A DNA stretch of 34,265 bases, taken from a virus (Duplodnaviria > Caudoviricetes). The stretch lies in IMG/VR virus record IMGVR_UViG_3300027808_000086, positions 1-34,265 of that record; one strand, written 5' to 3'. Every line of letters starts with the position of its first letter. Within the stretch, counting starts at the first letter, position 1. Positions 17,616 to 25,360 of the stretch are shown piece by piece. The notes below the pieces were generated by a model. That model worked only from the letters and a program-made list of their open reading frames with translations, was not told where the DNA came from and ran no database searches. Position numbers and translations under genes: made by a program.

Positions 17616-18020
17616 ATGAAAAAAGCAATAGCAATGAAATGCACTCAACAACAATTTTATTTGGTTAGAGATAAATTAGTAGGATTGAAAATTGAAGTAA
17701 GCAGTTTTAAAAGATGTAATTATTTATTGAACCAATATACTTCAGAAAACTTAATAATAAATGTTGAATTAACAGATTTAATAGGTTGTGATAGTGAAGT
17801 CCACGAAACTTGGAACGAAGAAACATTCTTAAACGCTTGTGGAATTGAAACTGAAAGGATTTTTAAAGGAAGTGAATTGCAGTATTATAGTGGTGGAAAA
17901 TGGATTGACATTAATTATACTGACACTATGGAATACAGATTTAAACCCGCTAATCTAATAAAAAAGCAAGAATTAGAAAGTCAAATTTTAGAATTACAAA
18001 ACCAATTAAAAAACTTATAA
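17616..18020 (+). CDS. Hypothetical protein
   Basis: 134-aa ORF. Confidence 0.65.
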   Translation: MKKAIAMKCTQQQFYLVRDKLVGLKIEVSSFKRCNYLLNQYTSENLIINVELTDLIGCDSEVHETWNEETFLNACGIETERIFKGSELQYYSGGKWIDINYTDTMEYRFKPANLIKKQELESQILELQNQLKNL

Positions 18021-18551
18021 ATGAAAGCAATAGCAACAGCTTTAGTAAAAGCACAATCGGAAATGAGCAACCCCGCAAAAGGAGCTACAAATCCTTTTTT
18101 CAAATCAAAATACGCTGATTTAAATGCAGTACGTGAAGCAGTTATTCCTGTACTAAATGCGAACGGAATAAGCGTACTACAGCCAATTAAAAATGTAGAT
18201 GGGAAAAACTATGTTAATACAATATTATTACACGAAAGCGGTGAAAGTATTGAAAGTTTCACTGAAATAATCTACAGTAAAATTAACGATGCACAGGCGC
18301 AAGGTTCAGGAATTACGTATGCAAGGCGTTACGGTTTACAATCATTTGTTTGCGTTGGAGCAGATGATGACGATGGGAATAAAGCAACTCAACCAGCTAA
18401 AAAAGAGCCAATACAAAAGCCTACTTTATTACAAGATAGTGAATCATTTAGAAAAGCATTAAAATATATGTCTGAAGGTGGCGATATTCAAATAATTGAA
18501 ACTAAATATATATTAACAGCTGAAGTAAAAACAGCACTAACAAATAAATAA
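18021..18551 (+). CDS. erf: ERF-family single-strand annealing recombinase
   Basis: NPFFKSKYADL, T.LLHESGE, Q.QGSGITYARRY.L....G..DDDG signature. Confidence 0.92.
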   Translation: MKAIATALVKAQSEMSNPAKGATNPFFKSKYADLNAVREAVIPVLNANGISVLQPIKNVDGKNYVNTILLHESGESIESFTEIIYSKINDAQAQGSGITYARRYGLQSFVCVGADDDDGNKATQPAKKEPIQKPTLLQDSESFRKALKYMSEGGDIQIIETKYILTAEVKTALTNK

Positions 18552-18552
18552 A

Positions 18553-18789
18553 ATGAAAAAAGTAATAATAATTTTAGCAATAGCATTGTTTGCAAGTTGC
18601 ACACCAGAAGATACAACAACAAATACAGATTGTAATTGTTGGACTGTTGTAAGCCGAGATAGTTTTAACATAATAAACGGTCAAGGTGGAGTAACTGTAA
18701 TTTATAATAATAGATTACGCAATGATTGTACTTATGAGCTAAGAACTCAAAGCACAAATTTACCAATGTGGACAAAGGTTTGTAATTAA
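18553..18789 (+). CDS. Small Cys-containing lipoprotein
   Basis: MKKVIIILAIALFAS-C lipobox; four further Cys. Confidence 0.75.
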   Translation: MKKVIIILAIALFASCTPEDTTTNTDCNCWTVVSRDSFNIINGQGGVTVIYNNRLRNDCTYELRTQSTNLPMWTKVCN

Positions 18790-18807
18790 TAAATAAAATA
18801 AATAAAA

Positions 18808-19074
18808 ATGGAATTAAATAAAAATTATAGAATAGTTTACGACTCAGAAAATACAATTTTGCAATTTTTCGAGCAAAGAGAATCATTTAAAAAAGATGAC
18901 AAATTAAAAGTTGCAGGAACAGGCGAAGTAAAAGAATTTATAGAAAATTCATACTATCCAAATTTAAAAACAGCATTGACAGGATTTTTAAATAAATGCA
19001 CGTGGGATTTACAAACAGCCAAAGAAATTTTAGAAGCATTAAATAAATTAGAAACATTAATAAATAATTTGTAA
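18808..19074 (+). CDS. Hypothetical protein
   Basis: 88-aa ORF. Confidence 0.6.
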   Translation: MELNKNYRIVYDSENTILQFFEQRESFKKDDKLKVAGTGEVKEFIENSYYPNLKTALTGFLNKCTWDLQTAKEILEALNKLETLINNL

Positions 19075-19092
19075 TTATTAAATAAATAAAAT

Positions 19093-19413
19093 ATGGGAGC
19101 ATTAATTAATTTGAGTTTAAGAGTAGACAAACTACCAAAAGAAAAGTTTGTACAGGGAAAAGATGGAGCGGTATATTATAATTTCACAATTGGAATTAAC
19201 GAAGATACAAATCAATTTGGGCAAAATGTAACAGCAACGGATAGCCAAACAAAAGAGGAACGAGAGGCTAAAAAACCAAAGTCTTATTTAGGAAATGGAA
19301 CAGTTGTATGGACAGATGGAAATATTAAAGTAGCTGATAAAAAAACAGATACAAATCAAAAGCCAATAAATAACGCTTTGCCACAAGTTGAGGAAGACAA
19401 CCTTCCGTTTTAA
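19093..19413 (+). CDS. Single-stranded DNA-binding protein (putative)
   Basis: Beta-rich core with acidic EEDNLPF C-terminal tail typical of SSBs; near erf. Confidence 0.7.
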   Translation: MGALINLSLRVDKLPKEKFVQGKDGAVYYNFTIGINEDTNQFGQNVTATDSQTKEEREAKKPKSYLGNGTVVWTDGNIKVADKKTDTNQKPINNALPQVEEDNLPF

Positions 19414-19428
19414 AATAATAAATTTAAC

Positions 19429-19448
19429 GGGGTGTAAAAGCCCCTTTT
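19429..19448 (+). terminator. Weak terminator / hairpin after the SSB-like gene
   Basis: GGGGT-gtaaaa-GCCCC-TTTT. Confidence 0.6.
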
Positions 19449-19460
19449 AAAATAAAATAA

Positions 19461-20294
19461 ATGGATGCAGAAGGTTTAAGAGAATTAATGATAATGTACG
19501 AGGACGACTGTTTTATAAATCCTTTAGAAAAAATAGAGCATCCAGAACCAGCAATTTCATTTGGATTTAAAAGTTACGAAACAAAAGATGGAAATGTTAA
19601 TTATCCAACTCCAATTGGAACTTACGGAAATTTTAGTTTTATTCAAGCACCACCAAAGAGCAAAAAAACATTTTTTGTAAGTTTATTATCGGCTGTTTAT
19701 TTAGCTGAAAATTTAGATTCATTTTGTGGCGATTTAAGAGCAAATAGAAACGGTAAACATCTTATACATTTTGATACCGAACAAGGAAATTTTCACGCTG
19801 CTATGGTATTTAAACGCCCAATTGATATGACTGGAATTAAAACAGACAAATATCATACTTTAGCTTTAAGGCAGCTATCTTTTAAAGAGCGAATAGATTT
19901 TATAGAATATTATCTTTATGACAAATTAGAAAAAAAAGATATAGGTTTGGTTATTATAGATGGAATAGCGGATTTATGCTCGGATGTAAATAATATTGAG
20001 GAATCGAATGCAGTAGTTCAAAAGTTAATGAAATGGACAAAAGAATTAAATTGCCACATAATAACGGTTATTCATTCAAATTTTGGGACTGATAAACCAA
20101 CAGGGCATTTAGGTTCATTTTTAGAAAAGAAAGCAGAAACACAAATACAATTAGAATTGAACACTGTAAATAAAGGATTGGTTACAGTAAGTTGCAAAAG
20201 AAGTAGAAATGCATCGTTTGAAAATTTTAGCTTTAAAGTTAATAAATCTGGATTACCACAAATGGAGGGTGCATTTTACGACCCGTTAAAATAA
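19461..20294 (+). CDS. RecA-fold AAA_25 / RepA-like helicase
   Basis: Variant Walker A APPKSKKT, HFDTEQG, Walker B LVIIDG, VIH, GHLGS...KKAET. Confidence 0.8.
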   Translation: MDAEGLRELMIMYEDDCFINPLEKIEHPEPAISFGFKSYETKDGNVNYPTPIGTYGNFSFIQAPPKSKKTFFVSLLSAVYLAENLDSFCGDLRANRNGKHLIHFDTEQGNFHAAMVFKRPIDMTGIKTDKYHTLALRQLSFKERIDFIEYYLYDKLEKKDIGLVIIDGIADLCSDVNNIEESNAVVQKLMKWTKELNCHIITVIHSNFGTDKPTGHLGSFLEKKAETQIQLELNTVNKGLVTVSCKRSRNASFENFSFKVNKSGLPQMEGAFYDPLK

Positions 20295-20321
20295 AAGAAT
20301 CACAATTAAACTATTTATAAA

Positions 20322-20552
20322 ATGACACTAAAAGATAAAATTTACGAAACAATTCATTTAGAAATTTACAAAAATGAAAGTGATTGTATTGATGGTATTC
20401 AAGACGCGGCTAATGGTGCAGAAAAAATAGCAGATGAATTTGCTATTGGATTTGCAGAGTGGTTAGTAATTAGATATAATGAAGATATTATATTTGATGA
20501 ATACACAACAAAAGAACTATTAGAAATCTATAAAAAAGAAAAACAATTATGA
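20322..20552 (+). CDS. Hypothetical protein
   Basis: ADEFAIGFAEW...TTKELLEIYKKE motif. Confidence 0.6.
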   Translation: MTLKDKIYETIHLEIYKNESDCIDGIQDAANGAEKIADEFAIGFAEWLVIRYNEDIIFDEYTTKELLEIYKKEKQL

Positions 20553-20740
20553 AGCACAATTTATACAACCAATTTAGCCCAATAGAAAGAGCACAATTAT
20601 TACTAGACAAATATCCATTACAATATGTAAAAGATACGGTAAACGGTAATATTGAACAAGCTAAAAGAAACACTGAAATAGACACATTAAACTACTGGAA
20701 TGAAGTTAGTTTATCAATTAAATCAATAATAAAATTATGA
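20549..20740 (+). CDS. Hypothetical protein
   Basis: 63 aa; P.E.A..L and YWNEV resemble the MTPKEKA family. Confidence 0.6.
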   Translation: MKHNLYNQFSPIERAQLLLDKYPLQYVKDTVNGNIEQAKRNTEIDTLNYWNEVSLSIKSIIKL

Positions 20741-20949
20741 AACCAATATTTGTATGTAGTTTGCCAATTACCGATTTATCTCCAGAAACGATTGAAAATA
20801 TTAAATTTAATTTAAAAATGGAATTATCGGAAAATTATCACGGTTTAATTGTGTCTGATGATACAATTACCAAAATAGGATTTGAGTTATACAATTCAGA
20901 ACTTGAGGAAAAAGATTTTGAAGATTTAAAACTAAAATTAAAATTATGA
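20737..20949 (+). CDS. Hypothetical protein
   Basis: 70-aa coupled ORF. Confidence 0.6.
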   Translation: MKPIFVCSLPITDLSPETIENIKFNLKMELSENYHGLIVSDDTITKIGFELYNSELEEKDFEDLKLKLKL

Positions 20950-21167
20950 CACCAAAAGAAAAAGCAAAAGAGTTAATATTAAAATACACTAATTTAACTG
21001 ATAAATGTGATTGTTTAGAATATATGTGCGTATGTTTTTCGATGTATGATTTTAAAGCCAAACAATGTGCATTAATAGCTGTTGATGAGGTATTAAGTGT
21101 TCCTTATTTATTAAAAAGTGAAAGTTGGTTTTACAAAGAAGTTAAACAAGAAATAGAAAAATTATGA
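20946..21167 (+). CDS. MTPKEKA-family paralog 1
   Basis: MTPKEKAKEL...AKQCALIAVDEV...EVKQEIEKL. Confidence 0.7.
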   Translation: MTPKEKAKELILKYTNLTDKCDCLEYMCVCFSMYDFKAKQCALIAVDEVLSVPYLLKSESWFYKEVKQEIEKL

Positions 21168-21271
21168 CACCAAAAGAGAAAAAAGATTTTCAGATAGTAA
21201 CGTTACAATTTTTAACAGTTGCTTCAATTTCAGTAATTATAACAGCAATAATAGTAATGATATTATGTTAG
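21164..21271 (+). CDS. Small membrane peptide with MTPKEK start (35 aa, not in ORF track)
   Basis: MTPKEKKDFQIVTLQFLTVASISVIITAIIVMILC. Confidence 0.55.
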   Translation: MTPKEKKDFQIVTLQFLTVASISVIITAIIVMILC

Positions 21272-21672
21272 ATAAAACCCACTTATGGGAACAAGGAATT
21301 GTCCAGCTTTTAAACCTTGACGGTTGGGAGTTGGAGTGGTGCGGGGGAGCATTTGAGCATTACGATGCAATAGGTAAGACCCCTAAAGGATTTGATTGTA
21401 TAATTGAATTTAAATTAAGAAGTGCATACTATCCGACAAAGGTATTAGAAGTTTATAAATACGATAAGCTAATGAGCGAAAATAAAGCACATAAATTTTA
21501 TTATGTATTTGATTGTAAAGGAAACTATTTGTATCATTTAAACACGCTTAAACTACCTGAAACAGAAACATTAACAGCAAGCGTTAAGACTTACTTTGAG
21601 AATAAAAATAAAATAAACAAGCCAGTGTATATGCTATCAGAAAGCCAAGCGAGTATATTAGTTAAATACTAA
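21265..21672 (+). CDS. PD-(D/E)xK-family nuclease
   Basis: E...HYDA...IIEFK.R catalytic pattern. Confidence 0.65.
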   Translation: MLDKTHLWEQGIVQLLNLDGWELEWCGGAFEHYDAIGKTPKGFDCIIEFKLRSAYYPTKVLEVYKYDKLMSENKAHKFYYVFDCKGNYLYHLNTLKLPETETLTASVKTYFENKNKINKPVYMLSESQASILVKY

Positions 21673-21775
21673 ATGTTAAAGTTTTCTTAATTTATTTAAT
21701 AAGATAGTATTTTATTAATATAGTTGATGTATATTTGTACCAGCAATGAAGCTAAAGAAAAAAACAAATATTATG
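21661..21775 (+). promoter_or_regulatory. Early promoter module 3
   Basis: GTTAAATA...TGTTAAAG, TATTAATA 21713-21720, TATATTTG 21730-21737; leader TACCAGCAATGAAGCTAAAGAAAAAAACAAATATTATG nearly identical to module 1. Confidence 0.75.
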
Positions 21776-21940
21776 ACAACTCTAGAATATAAAAACCAAG
21801 CATTAATTTATAATAGAAATTTAAAAACTATTAAAACACAATTGAATCAAAAACAAATATCTGAATTAAAAACAAAATATAATTGTATTGATGATGGTCA
21901 TTTAGCTAAAATTACAATGTTAAGAGGAATAATAATTTAA
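21773..21940 (+). CDS. Small early protein (55 aa)
   Basis: Likely start ATG 21773, by analogy with the module 1 leader. Confidence 0.6.
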   Translation: MTTLEYKNQALIYNRNLKTIKTQLNQKQISELKTKYNCIDDGHLAKITMLRGIII

Positions 21941-21949
21941 TAAAAATAC

Positions 21950-21975
21950 ACAGAGGGACATCAGTGTCCCTCTGT
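21950..21975. other. Perfect 11-bp hairpin before the tRNA-like element
   Basis: ACAGAGGGACA-tcag-TGTCCCTCTGT, without a long T tract. Confidence 0.8.
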
Positions 21976-21980
21976 TAAAA

Positions 21981-22045
21981 TGTGGATTGACTGAAATAGG
22001 ATATAGTTTAAATAGTGTATTGGTTCGAATCCAATATCCACATCA
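21981..22045 (+). ncRNA. tRNA-like RNA lacking the anticodon arm
   Basis: Acceptor TGTGGAT/ATCCACA, D arm ACT-GAAATAGGATAT-AGT, T arm ATTGG-TTCGAAT-CCAAT; only 11 nt between D and T arms. Confidence 0.7.
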
Positions 22046-22066
22046 AAAACAATAAACATAAAAATT

Positions 22067-22288
22067 ATGATACCAAAAGAAAAAGCAAAAGAAATAATAA
22101 ATAAATTAATTTTCATTCCTAATGGAGAAAAATTTCAAATTATATCAATGGAAGATGAAAAAAGAGCAATAAAATCTGCATTAATTGCAATTGATATAGC
22201 TTTAGAATTTATTAATAATAGAGAAGCATTTAATAAAAATATTTATTTGCTTGAAGTTAAAAATGAAATTAAAAAATTAAACAACTAA
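22067..22288 (+). CDS. MTPKEKA-family paralog 2
   Basis: MIPKEKAKEII...SALIAIDI...EVKNEIKKL. Confidence 0.7.
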   Translation: MIPKEKAKEIINKLIFIPNGEKFQIISMEDEKRAIKSALIAIDIALEFINNREAFNKNIYLLEVKNEIKKLNN

Positions 22289-22298
22289 AACAAATAAA

Positions 22299-22514
22299 AT
22301 GAGAACACTATTAGAAAGATTAAAGCCAGAGTATTTAGAATTATTAGAAGCAGATGCAGAAAACTTTATATTTTTAGTTGAAAATGTTAAAAAAGAATTA
22401 AGCGAAAATAATAACGTACATACATTAAAATTTATAACGGCATATCGGATGTCTCTATTTTGCGAAGTTTCTTTAGGAATTGTAGAAATTAATAACTTAT
22501 TTTTAAAAGAGTAA
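22299..22514 (+). CDS. Hypothetical protein
   Basis: 71-aa ORF. Confidence 0.6.
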   Translation: MRTLLERLKPEYLELLEADAENFIFLVENVKKELSENNNVHTLKFITAYRMSLFCEVSLGIVEINNLFLKE

Positions 22515-22515
22515 T

Positions 22516-22683
22516 ATGAAAACATTTGAAGTCGAGGGTTGGTATCGTTATAACGGTGGAGACGAAAAAGATTATGAAATTGAAACTATTGTAGCATTAA
22601 CGCCAGAATGTGCAATTATAAGTTTTTTAAAAATGTTTGAAGTAATTAGATTTTTTAAAATTGATATAAAAGAAATAGTATGA
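22516..22683 (+). CDS. Small hypothetical protein (55 aa, not in ORF track)
   Basis: MKTFEVEGWYRYNGGDEKDYE...; ATGA-coupled to the next gene. Confidence 0.6.
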   Translation: MKTFEVEGWYRYNGGDEKDYEIETIVALTPECAIISFLKMFEVIRFFKIDIKEIV

Positions 22684-22868
22684 CTTACGAGCAATGGCAG
22701 ATAGTAGAAGCAGAAATGCGAGAGCTATACGCAAAAGACAATACGCTCACACATTTTGATATTACTATTCAAATAAAAAAAGTAAACATAGAACCAAAAA
22801 GAGCAAGAATTAATATAAAAACTTATAATGATGAGCGAAAAAAATCGATGGGTACTATTAGAAAATAG
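22680..22868 (+). CDS. Hypothetical protein
   Basis: 62-aa ORF. Confidence 0.55.
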   Translation: MTYEQWQIVEAEMRELYAKDNTLTHFDITIQIKKVNIEPKRARINIKTYNDERKKSMGTIRK

Positions 22869-23031
22869 CGAACCACATACAATTTTACTAACTGAAGAGG
22901 AAGCAATGAAATTAATTGCGATACAAAGGTTCGATAAGTCAAAATGGGAAATATTCTTTGACGAATACTACGAATACATAGAATACTATTCCGAAGAAGA
23001 GAAAGAACAAATAAACCGTTTAATACCTTGA
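22828..23031 (+). CDS. Hypothetical acidic protein
   Basis: 67-aa ORF. Confidence 0.55.
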   Translation: MMSEKNRWVLLENSEPHTILLTEEEAMKLIAIQRFDKSKWEIFFDEYYEYIEYYSEEEKEQINRLIP

Positions 23032-23034
23032 ATT

Positions 23035-23253
23035 ATGACACCAAAAGAAAAAGCAAAAGAATTAGTAGAAAAAATTTATGAAGAAATAGCATATTATCCA
23101 GAAAAATCATTGTGTTATTTTGAATGGAATAATGCAAAAGATACTGCTTTAATAGCAGTTGATGAAATTATTAATAGTGTAGCTAATGAACACGTTTCTG
23201 ATATATATGATAAGTATTGGAATAAAGTTAAAAAAGAAATAAAAAAAGTATGA
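23035..23253 (+). CDS. MTPKEKA-family paralog 3
   Basis: MTPKEKAKELV...AKDTALIAVDEII...YWNKVKKEIKKV. Confidence 0.7.
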   Translation: MTPKEKAKELVEKIYEEIAYYPEKSLCYFEWNNAKDTALIAVDEIINSVANEHVSDIYDKYWNKVKKEIKKV

Positions 23254-23960
23254 TAGTTTTAGTAGATGCAGACAGCCTTATTTGGTCAAGCTGCTATAAG
23301 CAAAAAGAGCACCCAGAAGACGAACAATATCATTCGATAGAAAATGCTAAGTTAAAGTTTGACGAAGTGTTTATGGCTATTATAAACACCATTGAAGAAA
23401 TCCACGAAATAGACAAGGTTTTGACTTTTGCAAATGCTTTAGGTAATTTTCGTAAACAAATTTCTAAGAGCTATAAAGCAAATAGAATAGGACGTGAAAT
23501 ACCACCTATTTTAAACGAATTGCAATCGTACGTAAAAGAGCAATACGAAAGCATAGCAGGTTATGGAGTTGAAACTGATGATGTAGTAGCCACGTACTGG
23601 ACAAACTTAACTAATACGTTTGGGCGTAATGAAGTTATAATAGTTTCAATAGACAAAGACTATAAGCAATTACCCTGTTTGATGTATGATTATCATATTA
23701 AGAAACAATGTTATTACGATATAAGCAAAGAGCAATCATTATACAACTTTTACGAGCAAATGATAATAGGAGATACAGCAGACAATGTTAATTTTTGCAA
23801 AGGTTATGGTTCAAAGTATGTTGAGAAAGCATTTAAAGACTGTTTAAGCGAATATTCTTTAATTAAGGTAACATTTAGCCTATTTAAAAAGATATACAAG
23901 CACAAGGCACGTGAAAAGTTTATTGAATGTAAATTATTATTAAAATTAAAAACAGACTAA
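23250..23960 (+). CDS. 5'-3' exonuclease / flap endonuclease (PolI N-terminal, T7 gp6-like)
   Basis: VDADS, NFR....SYKANR, ETDDV, SIDKDYKQ, GDTADNV..CKG.G motifs. Confidence 0.9.
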   Translation: MIVLVDADSLIWSSCYKQKEHPEDEQYHSIENAKLKFDEVFMAIINTIEEIHEIDKVLTFANALGNFRKQISKSYKANRIGREIPPILNELQSYVKEQYESIAGYGVETDDVVATYWTNLTNTFGRNEVIIVSIDKDYKQLPCLMYDYHIKKQCYYDISKEQSLYNFYEQMIIGDTADNVNFCKGYGSKYVEKAFKDCLSEYSLIKVTFSLFKKIYKHKAREKFIECKLLLKLKTD

Positions 23961-24095
23961 CGTCCGTCCTGTGGCTTTGTCTTGTTGCCGATTAAACACA
24001 AGACCAACTTTAAATTAAAAACAGAAAATGGAAAGTACAAAACCAACATTAAATGAAGCCGAAAACGGCAATAAGTCAAAACCGCTGTTAGTGGC
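23955..24095. mobile_element. Integron attC-like imperfect inverted repeat
   Basis: CTAAC 23957-23961 ... GTTAG 24087-24091 cores; 20-nt arms 23971-23990 and 24066-24085 pair with 2 mismatches and 2 G-T. Confidence 0.6.
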
Positions 24096-24249
24096 TGGGC
24101 AAATTGTTTGGTTAGATTATGACTTAGCAAACAAATCAAAGGTTGAAGTTGTAGAGCAAACACCCCAAAGAATGTTTACTACGGTAAAAGACCCTAAAGG
24201 TGATTATATATGGTCGGTTATGACATATCGTCTGATGCCTTGCCACTAA
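24028..24249 (+). CDS. Cassette-borne hypothetical protein (SH3-like beta pattern)
   Basis: Starts inside the hairpin loop, reads across GTT, and stops in the TAA of GCCACTAAC. Confidence 0.65.
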   Translation: MESTKPTLNEAENGNKSKPLLVAGQIVWLDYDLANKSKVEVVEQTPQRMFTTVKDPKGDYIWSVMTYRLMPCH

Positions 24250-24282
24250 CTATTTGCTAACCGCTATAAATACAAATCTTTT

Positions 24283-24465
24283 ATGAAGTCATATACTAAA
24301 AATATTACGGTTAACGTTTCTGAAATTCAGTTTAACACTTTAGAAAAAATAAGAGCTAATAACATAAAAGTAGGCAATTTTATACGTGAAGCAATAGCCG
24401 AAAAGATTAAACGAGATTACAAACAATTAATATTAAAACCTAAAAAATCGGAATGTCCTTTTTAA
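24283..24465 (+). CDS. Ribbon-helix-helix regulator (putative)
   Basis: KNITVNVSE..F..L...GNFIREAI.EK pattern. Confidence 0.65.
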   Translation: MKSYTKNITVNVSEIQFNTLEKIRANNIKVGNFIREAIAEKIKRDYKQLILKPKKSECPF

Positions 24466-24475
24466 AAATAAAGCA

Positions 24476-24700
24476 ATGAAATTATATACAGCAAAAGAAA
24501 TGTGTAAAATTTTAGAAATAAAATTAACAACTTTTTACAAGTTACGATTTGAAAAAAATATAAAGCCAGTAAAAACAGTTAAGAATTTCAATTACTTTTA
24601 CAAAGAGCAATTTGAAGATGACGTACCAAGATATTATCCTATTAAAACACACGAGGTTTATTATATTTACGAATCTAAAATGAATACAAATAAATTATGA
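24476..24700 (+). CDS. Excisionase/MerR-like HTH protein
   Basis: LYTAKEMCKILEI..TTFYKL...IKP pattern. Confidence 0.6.
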   Translation: MKLYTAKEMCKILEIKLTTFYKLRFEKNIKPVKTVKNFNYFYKEQFEDDVPRYYPIKTHEVYYIYESKMNTNKL

Positions 24701-25314
24701 TTACAATTACAAACGAGGATAATATGCTTTTAATGTCACGTTACCCTGATAATTATTTTGATTTGGCAATAGTTGACCCGCCTTATGGATTAGGAAATAA
24801 ATTAACTCAAGGCGGTACTTGGTCTAAAAAATGGCAAACAAAAGGAGCTGATTGGGATAAATTACCAAATAAAGAATATTTTGATGAATTAAAAAGAGTA
24901 AGTAAAAATTGGATTATTTGGGGCGGAAATTATTTTATTGAATACTTACCAAATTGCAGATGCTTTTTAGCGTGGCATAAACCTTATATGGATGGAATGC
25001 ACTCAATGAGCAATGTTGAATTAGCTTTAACTTCTTTTGATACAAACGCTAAAAAAGTTTCTATAAATAAAGATTTAGGAGGTGAAGAAAGAATCCATAT
25101 TACTCAAAAACCAATTAAGTTGTACAAATGGATTTTAGAAAATTATGCAAAAGAAAATGATAAGATACTGGATACACATTTAGGTTCAGGTTCAATTGCA
25201 ATAGCTTGCCACGATTACGGATTTGAATTAACCGCTTGTGAATTAGATAAAGAGTACTTCGACAAAGCAATGCAAAGAATAAACAATCATATAGCACAAC
25301 AAAAACTATTTTAA
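24697..25314 (+). CDS. DNA amino-methyltransferase (N6A/N4C, beta class)
   Basis: DLAIVDPPY, IIWGGNYF, H.TQKP..LY.W, ILDTHLGSGS, ACELD. Confidence 0.92.
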   Translation: MITITNEDNMLLMSRYPDNYFDLAIVDPPYGLGNKLTQGGTWSKKWQTKGADWDKLPNKEYFDELKRVSKNWIIWGGNYFIEYLPNCRCFLAWHKPYMDGMHSMSNVELALTSFDTNAKKVSINKDLGGEERIHITQKPIKLYKWILENYAKENDKILDTHLGSGSIAIACHDYGFELTACELDKEYFDKAMQRINNHIAQQKLF

Positions 25315-25349
25315 AACAGCGCAAATAAGCAACTATAAAATAAAAGTTG

Positions 25350-25357
25350 TACATTTG
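25350..25357 (+). promoter_or_regulatory. TAnnTTTG promoter for the phage sigma gene
   Basis: TACATTTG, 3 nt before ATG 25361. Confidence 0.6.
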
Positions 25358-25360
25358 TAT

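Noticed and set aside
21981-22045. Functional decoding tRNA
   Set aside because: No anticodon stem-loop can be formed, so no isotype can be assigned.
25315-25340. Second cassette-end site resembling 24248-24270 (AAC...TAA...CTATAAA)
   Set aside because: Spacing differs and I found no matching GTT core or hairpin partner upstream; similarity too weak.
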